Part shown: one piece after another, positions 1-12,266 of the stretch | How positions within the stretch are numbered: position 1 is the first letter of the stretch | How the letters are laid out: the number at the start of each line of letters is the position of its first letter | NCBI GenBank assembly: GCA_013239625.1 | Contig: MU054220.1 | Location: 5,019,328-5,083,327 of the forward strand | Length of the DNA stretch: 64,000 nt | Direction: 5' to 3' | From: Lama guanicoe | Lineage: Eukaryota | Notes under the pieces: generated by a model | Database searches by the model: none | Told to the model about the DNA's origin: nothing | The model's input: the letters and a program-made list of their open reading frames with translations, nothing else | Position numbers and translations under genes: made by a program

Positions 1-1085
1 CTCCCTGGGGTGGAATGCCCTCATTTCTCAGACCTGGCCCCGGGAAGAATAGAAAGTCAGCAGTGTGTGTTTTTAGCCTCCGGTCAAAAGGTTCCAGAAG
101 GGCCAAGAAGAAATGGTTGTAGAAGTGTTCCTTTCACTGAAAATGGAAGGGGCTGGCTCCTGAGTTCCCAAACAGTGGGGATCACTCTCTCCTCCTGCCC
201 TGGGACCCCAAGGCTCCATGAAGTCTGAGCAGGGTGAATTCACGCTGAAATAAGGGGCAGTTAAAGGTATAATGGAAGTCTTCTTGCCTGATAGTCTCAT
301 TATATCCTTACAAAGACTCAGCTGTCCCCATAAAATGGGGCTTCTGACCCACGCATCCACATATTGCCCAGAAGTCTCAGATTTCCTGGAATTTCCACTA
401 GGATTCCTAGTACTCTAAGTAATGGTCTTCAAAAATCAGAATTATTGCATAATCATCAAGGAAGTAGAGAGCACTGCCCCGTTATTATTTCAGTCCTAGT
501 TGGCAGTATACCTGGTGGAGAAGGATGCTGATTCTGGAATCAAGCTGCCTACAAGCAAATCCTGTTTCCCATCTACTTAATCACTCCATGACCTTGTGCA
601 AATCATTTAATAGTCTAAGCCCAAATTTCCCAGTTATAAAACGGTGATAATAATAGCTTTTACCTTTATAATTTTTGTGAAAATTCAATGACATAAACCA
701 TGTAAAGTATCACAGTGCCTGGCACACACTAAATACTCAGTAGATCATCATTATTACAAATATTAACTCATTGTCAGTCAATTCCATAGAGTGTCCTAAT
801 TCCTTTGATTTTTATAGATTATTTATATTATTACCTAAAGTGTTCTCACTTCCACATCTCATTAATTTACCTAAAAAAAATTGGAAATATGTTGCACAGT
901 GGTAAGTAATCTCAATTTAAAAGGGCGGAAAGTGAGATTGAGGTGTTAATTTTTCCCCTCCCCGTTGTCTTTATTCTTGCCCAATGAAGATGGTAAAAGA
1001 TGAGTATACATGTTTCAGATCCTCAGTTTACTGGTGGGGAAGAAAGAGGCAGGGGGTTGGGGGAGTACAGGAAAGAACTAACATT

Positions 1086-1509
1086 TGTGTCACAGGACAA
1101 TTCCCATGGAAGCAGACTCTGAAAAGATTTGCATGAAGCAAGTTCATTGGGAAGTGCTTTCTGAATTTACGGCTATGGGGAAGTGAAGGACGCAGAAATG
1201 GGCAGAGGGGGATATTGGAGTGTGATTCAGCTGCAACAAAGCCTCAGCCATCCCCCAGGGATCTCTGAAGCTAGAATCACCCTACGGAGCTGACTCAAAT
1301 GAAGCAATTGGGTTAGACCTTTAAACTCACAAGCTGCCCATTCGTTGGGTGTGGACCACCCCAGTAAAAGATGTGACCTTGGTCAAGGCTGCTGTCTTTG
1401 GGCTAGACCAGTTCCCAGAGGGAGCCTCAGCTGTGAGCTCTCAGTTATCACCACTCTGTGCTGTAGGTTTTTGGGGGGATCTGGGTGGTGTCCCCCAGTG
1501 TCCACAACA
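1086..1509 (-). mobile_element. ERVL solo LTR, LTR16/LTR33-like
   Basis: TG...CA termini. Internal motifs (ggaagcagactctga, gggcagaggg, gcctcagc, ggggggatctgggtggtg...tccacaaca) match the recalled LTR16C-type consensus in reverse orientation. Confidence 0.7.
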
Positions 1510-2288
1510 TACAGCTTCTACTGTGTACCAGGCACCATGTGATAAGCTTTCACGTACATCATTCCATTCAAACCTCACAACAAACCTGCAGAATGATTAA
1601 TGAAGGATGCTACGAATGTGTTTAGTGGCTTCGATATGCCTGGTGGTTTACAAATTTTTGTTCATGTCATTTTCTTAACAATCAAGATTGGAATTGTTTG
1701 TGTCAGCTAGTAGAAGAGAAATCAGCAGTTCAGAAAAGCCAGATTGACACTCAAGACTTGAACCCAGCTCTCTCACATCGGAGCTGGTACCCCTCCCACT
1801 GGTCAGTACAGACCCATTTTACAGATGGGAAACGAGGTTTCGTGAGGTTAAATGACTTTCCTGAAGTTCAGAGCCAGCAGAGGGCAGAGTTGGAACTTGA
1901 ATTCAGGTTTGAGAAGATCTTTCCTAGGCATGAAGTTGTACACTGGGAGGGATGAGAAAGACTATGACGTGGTGGGGAAAAAAGGTAGCTGAGAGGAAGC
2001 TTATAACTTCTCTGAACTCCATTAACTTCATCCCTAATGCATCAAGGGCTTTTAAGACATTTCCTGATGGCAGCAGCTTATGGGTTTTTACTAGGGCTGG
2101 CTGAGAAGGCTATAGAAAACTGCATGTCTGTTTTGCTGTTTTCCACCTCCTCTACTCCTTTACCAGCCTCTAGGACTGGACATGACTTAGGAAGTGGGCA
2201 GAAGGCTAGATCTTTATTGTGAATATAAGTTACAAATGAAGCCTGGTGCCTTTGGCTATGTTGTTTGCTGCAGTTGGCCATCCTTTGG

Positions 2289-2308
2289 GGGCCACTAGAT
2301 GGCGCTCA
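2289..2308 (+). promoter_or_regulatory. CTCF binding motif
   Basis: GGCCACTAGATGGCGCTC matches the core consensus CCASYAGRKGGCRS with no mismatch. It lies in unique sequence and retains its CpG. Confidence 0.7.
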
Positions 2309-2376
2309 CCCTCCATTCCTGAAACTCCTCTTTGCCTGGGGCTTGGTTATCGCCCTCTCTTCCTTGGGCACATAAT

Positions 2377-2416
2377 TAACAGCGTTGATAGCTAACAGTG
2401 TTGATAGCTAACAGTG
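2377..2416 (+). repeat. 16-bp tandem repeat (taacagYgttgatagc x2.5)
   Basis: Read directly: taacagcgttgatagc-taacagtgttgatagc-taacagtg, at the MIR/LTR junction. Confidence 0.85.
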
Positions 2417-2982
2417 CAGTTCGTGTGCCCGATGTACACGGAGGCCAAACAAACCGAAATGTCGGAGTTTGGAGCAGAGAAAGGTTTATTGCAAGGGCCA
2501 TGCAAAGAGGACAGGTAGCTCCTGCTCAGAAGACCCGAACTCTCTGATGGGTTTCAGGGAAGAAGTTTTTATAGGCAAAATTTGTGGGGCTGGCTGTAGG
2601 GTGTGGCACTCTCCTCTGATTGGTTGGTGGTGAGGGAACAGGGTGGTGTTTCAGGAATCTGTAGCATCAGACTTCTGGTTCCAACCAGTCTGGGGCTTGT
2701 GCTCAGCCTGGAGTTACCATCCTTCACCTGGGTGGGAGCCTTAGTTCCTGTAGAACTCAGAGGTTTGTATCAAATTGTAATGCACATGCCCCTAGGAGGA
2801 ACCAGGACCAGGCTCTGCCTGCACTACTGTTTCTTTCTGCATTCCTTCAGTCTCCTAATTAGTAACTGTTTGAATCTGCTCTTTGGAACTCAGGGAAGGT
2901 CTAGGAGGCTGAAAGCCTTTTTCCTACAGACAAGAAACAGCTTTTATGCCCAGAGGCTCCCACAGAGTCCGGCTCAGTTTCA
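2417..2982 (-). mobile_element. ERV1-type solo LTR inserted in a MIR
   Basis: Ends in ...tttca. The poly(A) signal is on the minus strand (tttatt ~2486). It is similar in reverse to the LTR at 12267-12831. MIR sequence resumes at 2983. Confidence 0.75.
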
Positions 2983-3424
2983 GCTGTTATTGAGATGTTA
3001 CTATGTGCCTAGAAAGTTACCATGCTAAGGGCTTTGCAGACATTATCTCAGTTAATCCTTGCCATGACTCTTTAAGGTAGGCAGTTATCGTTAAATTACA
3101 AATGAGGATAGTAACTTGCCCAGGTAACAAAGCTATGCTGGCTGGTTCACGGCAGGATTTAAACCAGGCCATCAGACTTAGAGCTTTGACTTCGTTAGGG
3201 AGAAAAAAAACTTCATCTCCCCTTCTACGTTTTTCTGGCTGACCTGAGAATTAAATTGACATGAAACAGAGTAATAGGAGAAAATCAAATCTAATTACAT
3301 ACATACAGGTATTCTATAAGAATATGGGGCCCAGGGACAAGTTAGTCAACTGAAGCTTGTATGCCATCTGAGAGGAGAATGGGGTAGAAGTTAGGACTGC
3401 AAAGGGAAGGAAGTTAATTTACAG

Positions 3425-3889
3425 TGTTGATGAAAAATTAACCAGTTGATCTAAGAAAGAAATGGAGAATTTTACTTGAGCCATATTTGAGGATTATAAC
3501 CCAAGAAGAGCATCTCAGTAAACTCTGAGAACTGTTCCACCAGTTAGAAATTAAGGCGTAGTTTTATAAATTTTTTGAGATAGAGGGCTATACGTCAAAT
3601 GATGTATAATTGACAGTTTACGTAATCCAAACCTAAGCATCATCCTGGTGGGTCTTGTGACCCCTTACAAGATCAAGAAGGAATGCGATCTTTTAAGGCG
3701 TTGTCTTGACGCTAGGAGAATATTGCTCTTTATGGTCGAGCAGGTCTTCCTGCAGATGGGAGAGGTTTGGTAGATGCACAATGCAGATACACAGTGCACA
3801 GTGAGGAGGGAGGAGGTCAAAGGGCAGAGAAGAATTTTTTATGTTTATATTTTTCTTGTCTTGCCATAAAATATGAGTTTTATTTCACA
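3425..3889 (-). mobile_element. Nested ERV1-type solo LTR
   Basis: TG...CA termini with a perfect 4-bp TSD ACAG (3421-3424, 3890-3893). Confidence 0.85.
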
Positions 3890-4086
3890 ACAGGAAGATG
3901 TGCAAGAGCAAATGTTGTTAAACAGGTGTTTGCTGGGCCATGCAGAGACAACAGGACATAGAAAGAACTTTGACTCAGTAAGCCTTGATAAGTTTCCTCC
4001 AGTCTACCACACCTCGTTCATATTATACTTTATTTATCTATGGTGATAGTTCTTCCTGAAATGGGCCCTTTATCTAAATTCTTTTA

Positions 4087-4660
4087 TGTGTGCATTACTA
4101 TAGTCAGTTTACAATGTTGTGTCAGTTTCTGGTGTACAGCATAAGGCTTCAGTCTTACATGAACATACATATATTCATTTTCATATTCTTTTTCACCATA
4201 GGTAACTACAAGATATTGAATATAGTTCCCTGTGCTATACAGTATGAACTTGTTGTTTATCTGTTATATATATATTAGTTAGTATCTGCAAATCTCGAAC
4301 TCCCAGTTTATCCCTTCCCACCTCCCACCCTGGTAACCATAAGTTTGTCTTCTATGTCTATGAGTCTGATTTTTAGATTCCACATATAAGTGATATCATA
4401 CGGTATTTTTCTTTCTCTTTCTGTCATTCACTTAGAATGACAATCTCCAGGTCCATCCATGTTGCTGCAAATGGCATTATTTTATTATTTTTTATGGCTG
4501 AGTAGTATTTCATTGTATAAATATACCACAACTTCTTTATCCAGTTGTCTGTTGATGGACATTTAGGTTGTTTCCACGTCTTGGCTATTGTAAATAGTGC
4601 TTCTATGAACATTGGGGTGAATGTATCTTTTTGAATTAAGGTTCCCTTTGGATATATGCC
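4087..4660 (-). mobile_element. 5'-truncated L1 (ORF2 C-terminus and 3' UTR)
   Basis: ORF 4424-4612 ([33 protein letters not shown]) is the L1 ORF2 C-terminus. Perfect 16-bp TSD tatctaaattctttta at 4071-4086 and 4661-4676. Confidence 0.95.
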
Positions 4661-4915
4661 TATCTAAATTCTTTTAAACAGTTTATGGAAGGTGGTAAAA
4701 GCTCTTCTTGAACCTTTTGTTTCTTAAAAAAAGCCCCAAATAATCCTCAAGCCAAAGAGACACATTTTGGGGTGGCAAGTTTTGTTCCCTTATAACCTCT
4801 ACCCATTCAATTGTCTCCCCAGTCATCACCTTGTAATGATGACAACTGAATGCTTATTATGTACCAGACATTGTGTTAAGTATTTCATAAAGTTTTTTTC
4901 ATTTGAAACTCATAG

Positions 4916-5085
4916 TGTTCTCACACCCACAAACACACAAAGGTAAATACGTGAGGTGATGAGTACGGGGGAACCACAATCTCAGTGGTGGCAGTCCTTT
5001 CACACTGTGCATGTACATAAATCATCACCTCATACACTTTAAATATCTTACAACATTCTTTGCCAATTACCCCTAAAGAAGAAAA
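4916..5085 (+). mobile_element. Old L1 (L1MA-like) 3' end inserted in a MIR
   Basis: tgttctcac...gtgaggtgatg...aaatcatcac...tacactttaaata, followed by an A-rich tail and flanked by MIR halves. Confidence 0.7.
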
Positions 5086-6106
5086 AACCTCTTAGGACCC
5101 CACGAGATAAGTACTACTAATCTCCCTCACTTTAAAAGTGAGAAGACTGAGGGGTGGAAAGTGTATATAATCGCCAAGTTACAGCTCATACATAGTGGGA
5201 CCCAGACTAGAATCTAGATTTCCTAGGCCACGGATCCCAAGGCTCACCTTCTAAGGATGACCAAAAATGTCCACTTGGATTCAGTGGGGCCCCAGGATTC
5301 AGGAACCATCCAAAGATTCTGTAATCACCTTCTGCCTCGTGGAAGAAAGCTCTTCCCAGTGGTCTTACCCTGCTGGGAGACGGCCCATGCCGGAGTCAAA
5401 TCCAGCTCCAGTCCCGGCTCCACCCTTTACCAGCTCTGCATGACTTCAGCTCAACTTCCCTCCAGCATCACTTCTCTCCGCTTCTGCTCCCTCAGCTGTA
5501 AAAGTGCAGATATCACAGTCTCAGTCCTGTAATGTTGCTCTGAGTCTGGAATCCAGACGGAGAAGGGGCTTTTAAGAAATGTGTCCCTTTCCTTTCCATT
5601 TCAGAGCCCCCACAGTGTGAGAAGTCCCAGGAGGAATGTTGGGCATGACTTTTCCAAACTGGGTCAGAGGCCCTTTAAGACCGACACCACCCTTGGTTTC
5701 ATTGGTGTATACATCTATCAAAATTCATCAAAATGTACACCTGAAATGTATGTAGTTTATTGTATAGCAATCATATCATAATAAAGATGTTAAGAAATAA
5801 AACTGGAAATAAACCCAATCCAATAACGTGAAATAGATTTTGGTACTACTGTGCAATGAGAAACAATGTAGCTAGATAATAATCACACTTTCAAAGGCTA
5901 AATATCTTTTACAAATGTAAAAAACAGAAAATAGAGTTTGATTACACTTTTTGAAGTACATTTATGCATAAAAAATCCAAAATAAAACATGAAAATGTAA
6001 AAAAATTATTGAAACTACCCTTTTCTGGAGATGCTGAGAGAAGCAATTATTTAATACGTTTTTGTGTGTGTGTGGATTTGCTCAGTGCCTCTCTCCTCTT
6101 CTAGAC

Positions 6107-6315
6107 TAGTGTCTTCCAGTAGAACTTTCTGCAGTGATGACAGTGTTCTCTGTCTCCACTGCCCAATGCAGTAGCCAAAAGTCACAAGTGGCTTTTGAGT
6201 ACTTGAAATGTGGCTGGTGAAACTGAGGAAATAAATTTTAAATTTTATTTGGTTTCAATTATTTTAAATAGAAATAGCCATATGTAGCTAGTGGCCACCT
6301 TATGGGACAGCCAAG
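6107..6315 (+). mobile_element. MER3-like hAT-Charlie non-autonomous DNA transposon
   Basis: Motifs agaactttctgcagtgatg and gagtacttgaaatgtggct. 8-bp TSD ttctagac (6099-6106) / ctctagac (6316-6323). Confidence 0.85.
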
Positions 6316-7008
6316 CTCTAGACAGCTCAGGGTTCACTGCTGCATCCCCAAAGCCTGGCATAGCATTTGTTCTTGGGAGATGTTGGATAAATATCTTTCA
6401 AATGAATGAATGCAGATTATTCACTTTGAGTCTTCCTGAACTACACCAGTGGGGCTATGCATGTAGGAAGGCTTGATTCAGATAGCCAGAGGACTGGTGA
6501 ACTCCATCTTCAGGAAAGAAATAGGAGAAGAGGAGACCGTCAGATTTGCAGGTATCATGTAAAGGAGGAGCATGACACAACAGACCATGGTCTATGTCTG
6601 GGATAATGGAATAAGTTAAGGAATACTTACCTCCTCCCCAGTTTGTTCTATTTTGTTTCTCCTTCAGAGATTAGGGATCAAACCCTTAAAGAGGAAAGGA
6701 AATTGTGGGCTTGATGGCAAGGACCCCAAGGAAGGAAGGAGCTGAAGAAATTGTGTCACTCATCACATAGCCAGCCCTGAGGGATAGACACCCCAGGAGG
6801 TAGACCAGGAGGCAGGAAGCTGGCAGGGCCTGTGGGCTTGTGTGGGAGGGAGGCGAACAGAGATGTCACCCTGGGGAGTTAACAGTCTGGAAACTCATTA
6901 AATTCAGTTACCTTCATACTCCCTACTTAGAAGTTAAAATCACAGAACTGAGAATAGTGACTTTTCTATTTTCCTAATTATGGTGGCTCTGGCCTAAGGC
7001 GCCACTGT

Positions 7009-7043
7009 TTCTCTGTCTCTCTCTCTCTCTCTCTCTCTTTCTC
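7009..7043. repeat. (CT)n microsatellite
   Basis: Read directly. Confidence 0.9.
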
Positions 7044-7079
7044 TTAGAGGTCTAGTGTGAATTCATCATTTTAATCATA

Positions 7080-7615
7080 GTTACTGAGCAGGTACTGAGA
7101 CCCAGGGTCTAAATGGATTCCATCATTTATTTAATCCTTCAACAGAGCTCTGAGAGGGATGGTCTTAGGTAATTTACTGAGCATTTATTATGTGGCAAGC
7201 ACTACTCTAATTCTTTAAATGTTGACAACCACCTCACTCACCATGGGGAGTTGTAATTATCATCATCATCCTCCCTCAACTTACAAATTAGGATCCTATG
7301 ACCTAGAAAGATGGAATAACTTGCCCAAGACTATACAGCTAGTAAGCGGCAAAGTCAAGATTCAAACCCCAGGCAACTGGGCTCTAGAAATGATGTCATA
7401 CTGCGAGGTTCTGAGTTACCTTCTATGTATTAACTATTTTAATCTTCACAATAAGCCTATGAGATGGAGATAATTATTATCATACCCATTTTATAGGCAA
7501 AGAAACTGAGGCTTAACAAAGAGAGGTAGCTTGTCCTAAATGGTACAGCTGGTTAGGACTGGGGCCAGGATTTGAGCCTAGGTAACTGGACTTCAGTGGT
7601 CACTCTCAAAGCCAC
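7080..7615 (-). mobile_element. Cluster of MIR SINE fragments
   Basis: Repeated MIR motifs: ttactgagca...tatgtg, aacttgcccaag, gattcaaacccc, cccattttatag...gaaactgaggct. Confidence 0.8.
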
Positions 7616-7620
7616 TAGGG

Positions 7621-8055
7621 TGGATATACTGGGACAAATGTTTCCCTCCCCACCTTCCCATTCATGTCCTTTCCAGAACCTCAGAATGTAACCTTATTTG
7701 GAAACAGTTGTTGCAGGTGTAATTGGTTAAAATGAGGTTATACTGGAGTGGGGGGTGGGGGAGACCTCTTACTCCACTGTGACTGGTGATCTTATAAGAG
7801 AAGAGACACGTGATGATACAGGCAGACATTGGCAGAATGCATCTACACACCAAGGAATGCCAAGGATTCCTAGAAAACACTGGAAGCTAGGACAAGCAAG
7901 GAATGGACCTCCCCTAGAGCCTTCGGAGGAAGCATGGCGCTGCCGATGCCTTGATTTCATACTTTTAGCCTCCAGAACTGTGGAAACATGAAGTTTCAGT
8001 TTAAGCCAGTCAGTGTGTGTGGTCCTTTGTTACAGCAGCCCTACAAAACGAGCGT
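7621..8055 (+). mobile_element. MLT1 (MaLR) solo LTR
   Basis: cagaacctcagaatgtaaccttatttggaaa...gcctccagaactgtg...tttgttacagcagccct. Confidence 0.85.
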
Positions 8056-8440
8056 GGCGGAGTATACACTCCAGGATGGACAAAGCACAGTCCTGTAGCC
8101 TGCTGATCAGCACAAGAAAGCCTCGACTTCGGAGTCTTTCCAAAAACGCACATTAAGGACATGATTTATTGATGACTGGGGAAACAGGCAAGAGACTAGA
8201 AGGCGGATCCTGACTCCCCACTTAACTGACTGTGCTTTTCCCACACAACCAGGAAGGCGGAGAGCTGGCTGGGTCTGTGCCTGCTCTTAGTTACCTGTTA
8301 GGTTCAGGCTTTGGAGGCAAATAGACCCAGGTTTACATCCAGGCTCCTCCTACCTACTACCTGGTGACTTCAATAAATTCCTTAACTTTTCTATCCGTTT
8401 GTTTCCTCCTCTGCAAAGGTGGTGATAACAATCCTCTTTA

Positions 8441-8566
8441 TTTTTAGGGGGGAGGGGGCTGGTGAGGGGAGGTAATGTTTATTTATTTATTTTATGTTTA
8501 GAGGAGGTGCTGGGGATTGAACTCATGCTAAGCATGCCCTCTACCACTTGAGCTATACCCTCCCTC
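8441..8566 (-). mobile_element. tRNA-derived SINE (camelid Vic-1-like) inside a MIR
   Basis: The reverse strand reads gagggagggtatagctcaagtggtagag...gttcaatccccag (A/B boxes). Perfect 14-bp TSD aacaatcctcttta at 8427-8440 and 8567-8580. Confidence 0.9.
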
Positions 8567-9292
8567 AACAATCCTCTTTAACTTGAGAGTTGCTGTGAGG
8601 ATTAAATGAGATAATACAAACAACTCCCCTGGAAACACACCCTAAGCTCTTAGGGAACTACAGCTGCTATTCTTCGGAGAACTGTCAAGAAGACCGAGGA
8701 AAGAGATGGCATCAGGCCTAGATGGTTTATGTTCCAGGGATGAACTCAATGATCAGAGGCTTGAACCTACAGTCTCCAAGGTCTTTCCCAGTTTTGTAAT
8801 TCTCCTTTTTTTTTTTTTTTTTTTTACCCTTCTCAGATTTAAGAGCTGGAGTCGATGAAGCGTTTTACTATACATAACCTTACTTTTCTTTCCTAATCCA
8901 GTAGGTGGCAATAAGTCTCCACCAATTTTCTTCACCCAGCATTTACTCTTCAGCCCTGGTACAGGCTGTGTTGTGCGGTGGGGCCATCGGGAGTGGTTAA
9001 AACAATTGAGACTGAGGGGGCTCCTTTGGGAAGCATTCAGCACCCCTCAAGGCAAAAGAGGCGATCATCTCCATCCCAGAGGGACTTCCCTAGAGCTCTT
9101 CTGATAGTGTTTATCCCCAACACATCAAGCACAGATACAAAATTCATATTTATAACGAAAGACCGTCTATTTAATTCCCAGAACAAGGATGCATTATCTT
9201 GCTAAATTCCAGAGGGGTTGCAGTCCTAAGAATTAAGGGGTGAGCCCCATCTGGCTGGTAAATTTCATGGTATTTTGCAAGGTGTCCACATG

Positions 9293-9441
9293 TCTCAGTG
9301 AATTTTGGACCCATGGTGTGGGCATCACCTGGGAGCTTCTTAGAAACACAGAATATTAGGCTGCGTGCCAGACTCGTGGAATCAGAATCTACATTTTAGC
9401 AAGCAACTCAGGTGACATTCATTAGAGTTTGAGAAATTCTG
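9293..9441 (+). mobile_element. MER5A-like hAT element
   Basis: gcatcacctgggagctt...tagaaa, gaatcagaatctacatttt, agtttgagaa. Confidence 0.75.
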
Positions 9442-10166
9442 GCCTGTAAGATCTCAGAAGGAAACTTCCTCCTGCCAGTCTCATAATTAGCTCTCTTTGA
9501 TTCAATGGAGAATAGTAAGCCAGCATTGTCATCATGTGCCATATTTACAAAGAACGTTATTACTCCTAGGGGACAGTTTATACATAAAGTCCTATTTGAT
9601 TGCTTTACTTTTCCAACAGTGCTTTAGCTCAACCCATTTAGAGATGAGGAAAGGAGGCTCAGAGATGCATGGATATCCAAGGGTAGAACTGAGCAGTGAG
9701 CTCGGGTTTTCTGTGTCCATAGTGATTGGATTTCAAAGAATAGAAATAATAGCTAACCTTCAGTGCTCACTATGTAAGCTGTAGACTGTATATTCAATGC
9801 TAAGTGTATTATTTCATATAATCCTCCTTACAATGCTAAGGAGAGGGTACTATGATTGTCACCATTTCACAAATGATGAAACTGAAGAGTAGAGAGGTCA
9901 ATACACTCACCCAAGGGCATGCAGCTGCTGAATAAAGAACCAGTCTAGAATTACAGCCCAAAGCAGTATGACTCCAAGCCTGAGAACTTAAACATTGCAG
10001 CTTAAGGTCTCCCTGAGGGTTGTATGAGTTCCTCATATATATGTCATTTTGAAACACTTGCCTATGATTATAAGGTCCATTCGAGTAAATCATTATTTTG
10101 GGCTTAAAGTTAATAACTCTATCAGAACAGTTTCTCCCTCAGTATTTAGTACCTTCTCTTAGTACT

Positions 10167-10613
10167 TATGTTAGGTTCCTGGGGCAGCTGTAATAAAGTG
10201 CCGTGAACTGGATGGGCTTAAAACAACAGAAGTGTGTTGTCTCTCAGTTCTGGAGGCTGAAAGTGTGAAATTAAGGCATCAGCAGGGCCATGCTCCCTCG
10301 GAAGTCTGAAGGGGCGAATCCTTCCTCCCATCTTCCTAGCTTCTAGTGGTTCGTCAGTAATCCTTGGAGTTCCTTGGCTTGTGGCTGCATGACTTTAATC
10401 TCTGCCTCCATCTTCATGTGGCATTCTTCCCTCACGTGTCTTCCTACAAGGACATCAGTCATTGTGGATTGAGAATCCTTCCTACTGTACTAAGACCTCA
10501 TCTTAACTAATTACATCAGCATTGACCCTATATCCAAGTGAGGAGACATTTTGAGGTATTAGGGATTAGGACTTCAACATCTTCTTTGGTGGGACATAGT
10601 TCAACCTAAAACA
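10167..10613 (-). mobile_element. MLT1 (MaLR) solo LTR
   Basis: ggcttaaaacaacagaa...cagttctggaggct...acctcatcttaactaattacatc...ttcaacctaaaaca. Confidence 0.85.
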
Positions 10614-10823
10614 GCATCTCATAAGGGAGAATAGTGGCTGCGTGTGTGGGTTCCAGAACCAGAGTGCCAGGGTCCATATCCTGGCTCTGTCACATGACCT
10701 GGGTGACTGAGTGCAAGTAACTTAGACTATCTGAGTTCCACTTTTCTCCTGTTTCAATCAGGAGAATCTCATAGGATTGTCATAAATTAATAATATACCT
10801 AAAGCACCTTCCTAGAACAATGT

Positions 10824-11760
10824 TGTAGTAGAAACTGTTGGTGCCCCTCCCAGATCCTTTTACCAGCCATGCACCCACCCATTCTGATCCACAGCTAACA
10901 GCTCACACCAGTGACCTTCTATGGAAAATTGTCCTTGGCCAACAGGAGCTGTTGGCGATTAGGTTCTTCACTTGCTGCAGAAAGAATTCAGAGATGAGAT
11001 GTGGCAGTCAAGAAAGTAAAGTGAGGGTTTATTACAGGGTAGATAGTACGCTCTCAAGGGGAGAGTGGTCAGGCTCAGGTGAGCAGCTGTGCTGAGTTTC
11101 TTTGGCAAGTTGGTTACATACAGTGTAAAGATAATCGGCGGAATATTCATTGGGGAGGGAAGGGTTTGGGTTTATATCCCTGATTTTCACCCCAACTCCA
11201 CCTTCTTGAAGGGAAGAGGGATTTTTGTCCTTATTTATTCTGATCGGAAGTGTCATGGTGTCGGTGCACGATGGGTACTTCTGATCTGCAAGGCTAATTT
11301 TATTGAAATGAGAGCATACTGAGCAAAAGGTTATATTGGGACACTGGAGATTACTGCCTTTTCCTGCCTATCTTTGCCTGCCTCCAGGACACTAATCACC
11401 ACAGAATGTGTGGTTTCTTATCAGTCCAGAGGTTCCTGCTTTTCTCTGTCTGCCCAAGGACCCCTGTTGTTCACAAGATGTATGGTTTCCTGTCATTTGG
11501 CCATTGCCCCCCTTTCTCTGCCCACAGCCAGCTATCTGCCTGCTCTAACAAAGCCACCTTACTGGCGATGCCTTAGAGGTTGAGCCCCCAACCTGGTTTA
11601 CTGACCAAGGCTAGACTTTACCTGAGATCACATCCTTGCTCAGCTTTTTCCTATTGCCTCATTCTCTTACAGGGCCCCCCTGAGTGCACCGCCTCAAGAA
11701 GTCACACGTATCCGAGTCCCCGCCTCAGGCTCTGCTTCTGGGGAACTCAACTTGACCCAG
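10824..11760 (+). mobile_element. LTR16-like ERVL LTR (host), split by a younger LTR
   Basis: Starts tgtagtagaaactgttggtgcccctcccagatcc and ends ctcaggctctgcttctggggaac. Confidence 0.7.
10950..11550 (-). mobile_element. Nested ERV1-type solo LTR
   Basis: TG...CA termini, TSD gagc/aagc, and a minus-strand poly(A) signal (tttatt ~11028). Confidence 0.8.
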
Positions 11761-12266
11761 GCACCCAGGATGAAAGCATTAGATTGACATTGTTATTATC
11801 ATTTCAATGAGCCAGGAGTTAACCTCCCAATCTTCCTTCCTTTCCCATGATTTGGTGCTGCGATTAGGTCTTATTTTTCCTGCCATTAATCTTGTAATGC
11901 CAAGAATGGCAAAACTTTTCCCACAAACATTGACTGACTTCTGGGCTGACAGGGTCCAGACCACCAGCAGGGGACGCCGCTCCTTCATGGCTCCTGGCCA
12001 CCTCTGAGAGTGTGTGCAGACCTGGAACACGTCTCTTCACTTTACCTCAATGCTGGTTTGCTACAGGCTCTTCCTTGCTTGACTCTGACAGTCTATTCCT
12101 TAGTGATCGCTTCTCAGTCATTTGTATAGATAACAATGTCTGCTTTGTAACGGGATCAGGATTAGTAACTCTTGTTCGTTCAGCCTAATACAGTTCTACC
12201 TGTCTGTCCCCAGGTTGGTTGGGTACACCTCAGCCCCACCCATATCATCAGTATCGTCAGAGCTAC

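Larger units (their letters stand above)
3193..4794 (-). mobile_element. ERV1-type solo LTR (host), split by a nested LTR and an L1
   Basis: LTR-like end gacacattttggggtggcaagttttgttcccttata. Approximate 4-bp TSD actt/acct. Removing the two inserts leaves ~540 bp. Confidence 0.7.

Noticed and set aside
2603..3028. Longest ORF in the track (141 aa)
   Set aside because: It lies within LTR and MIR sequence, so it is repeat-derived.
8806..8877. Strong poly-T acceptor at 8836
   Set aside because: All three frames stop soon after it and I found no convincing partner exon.
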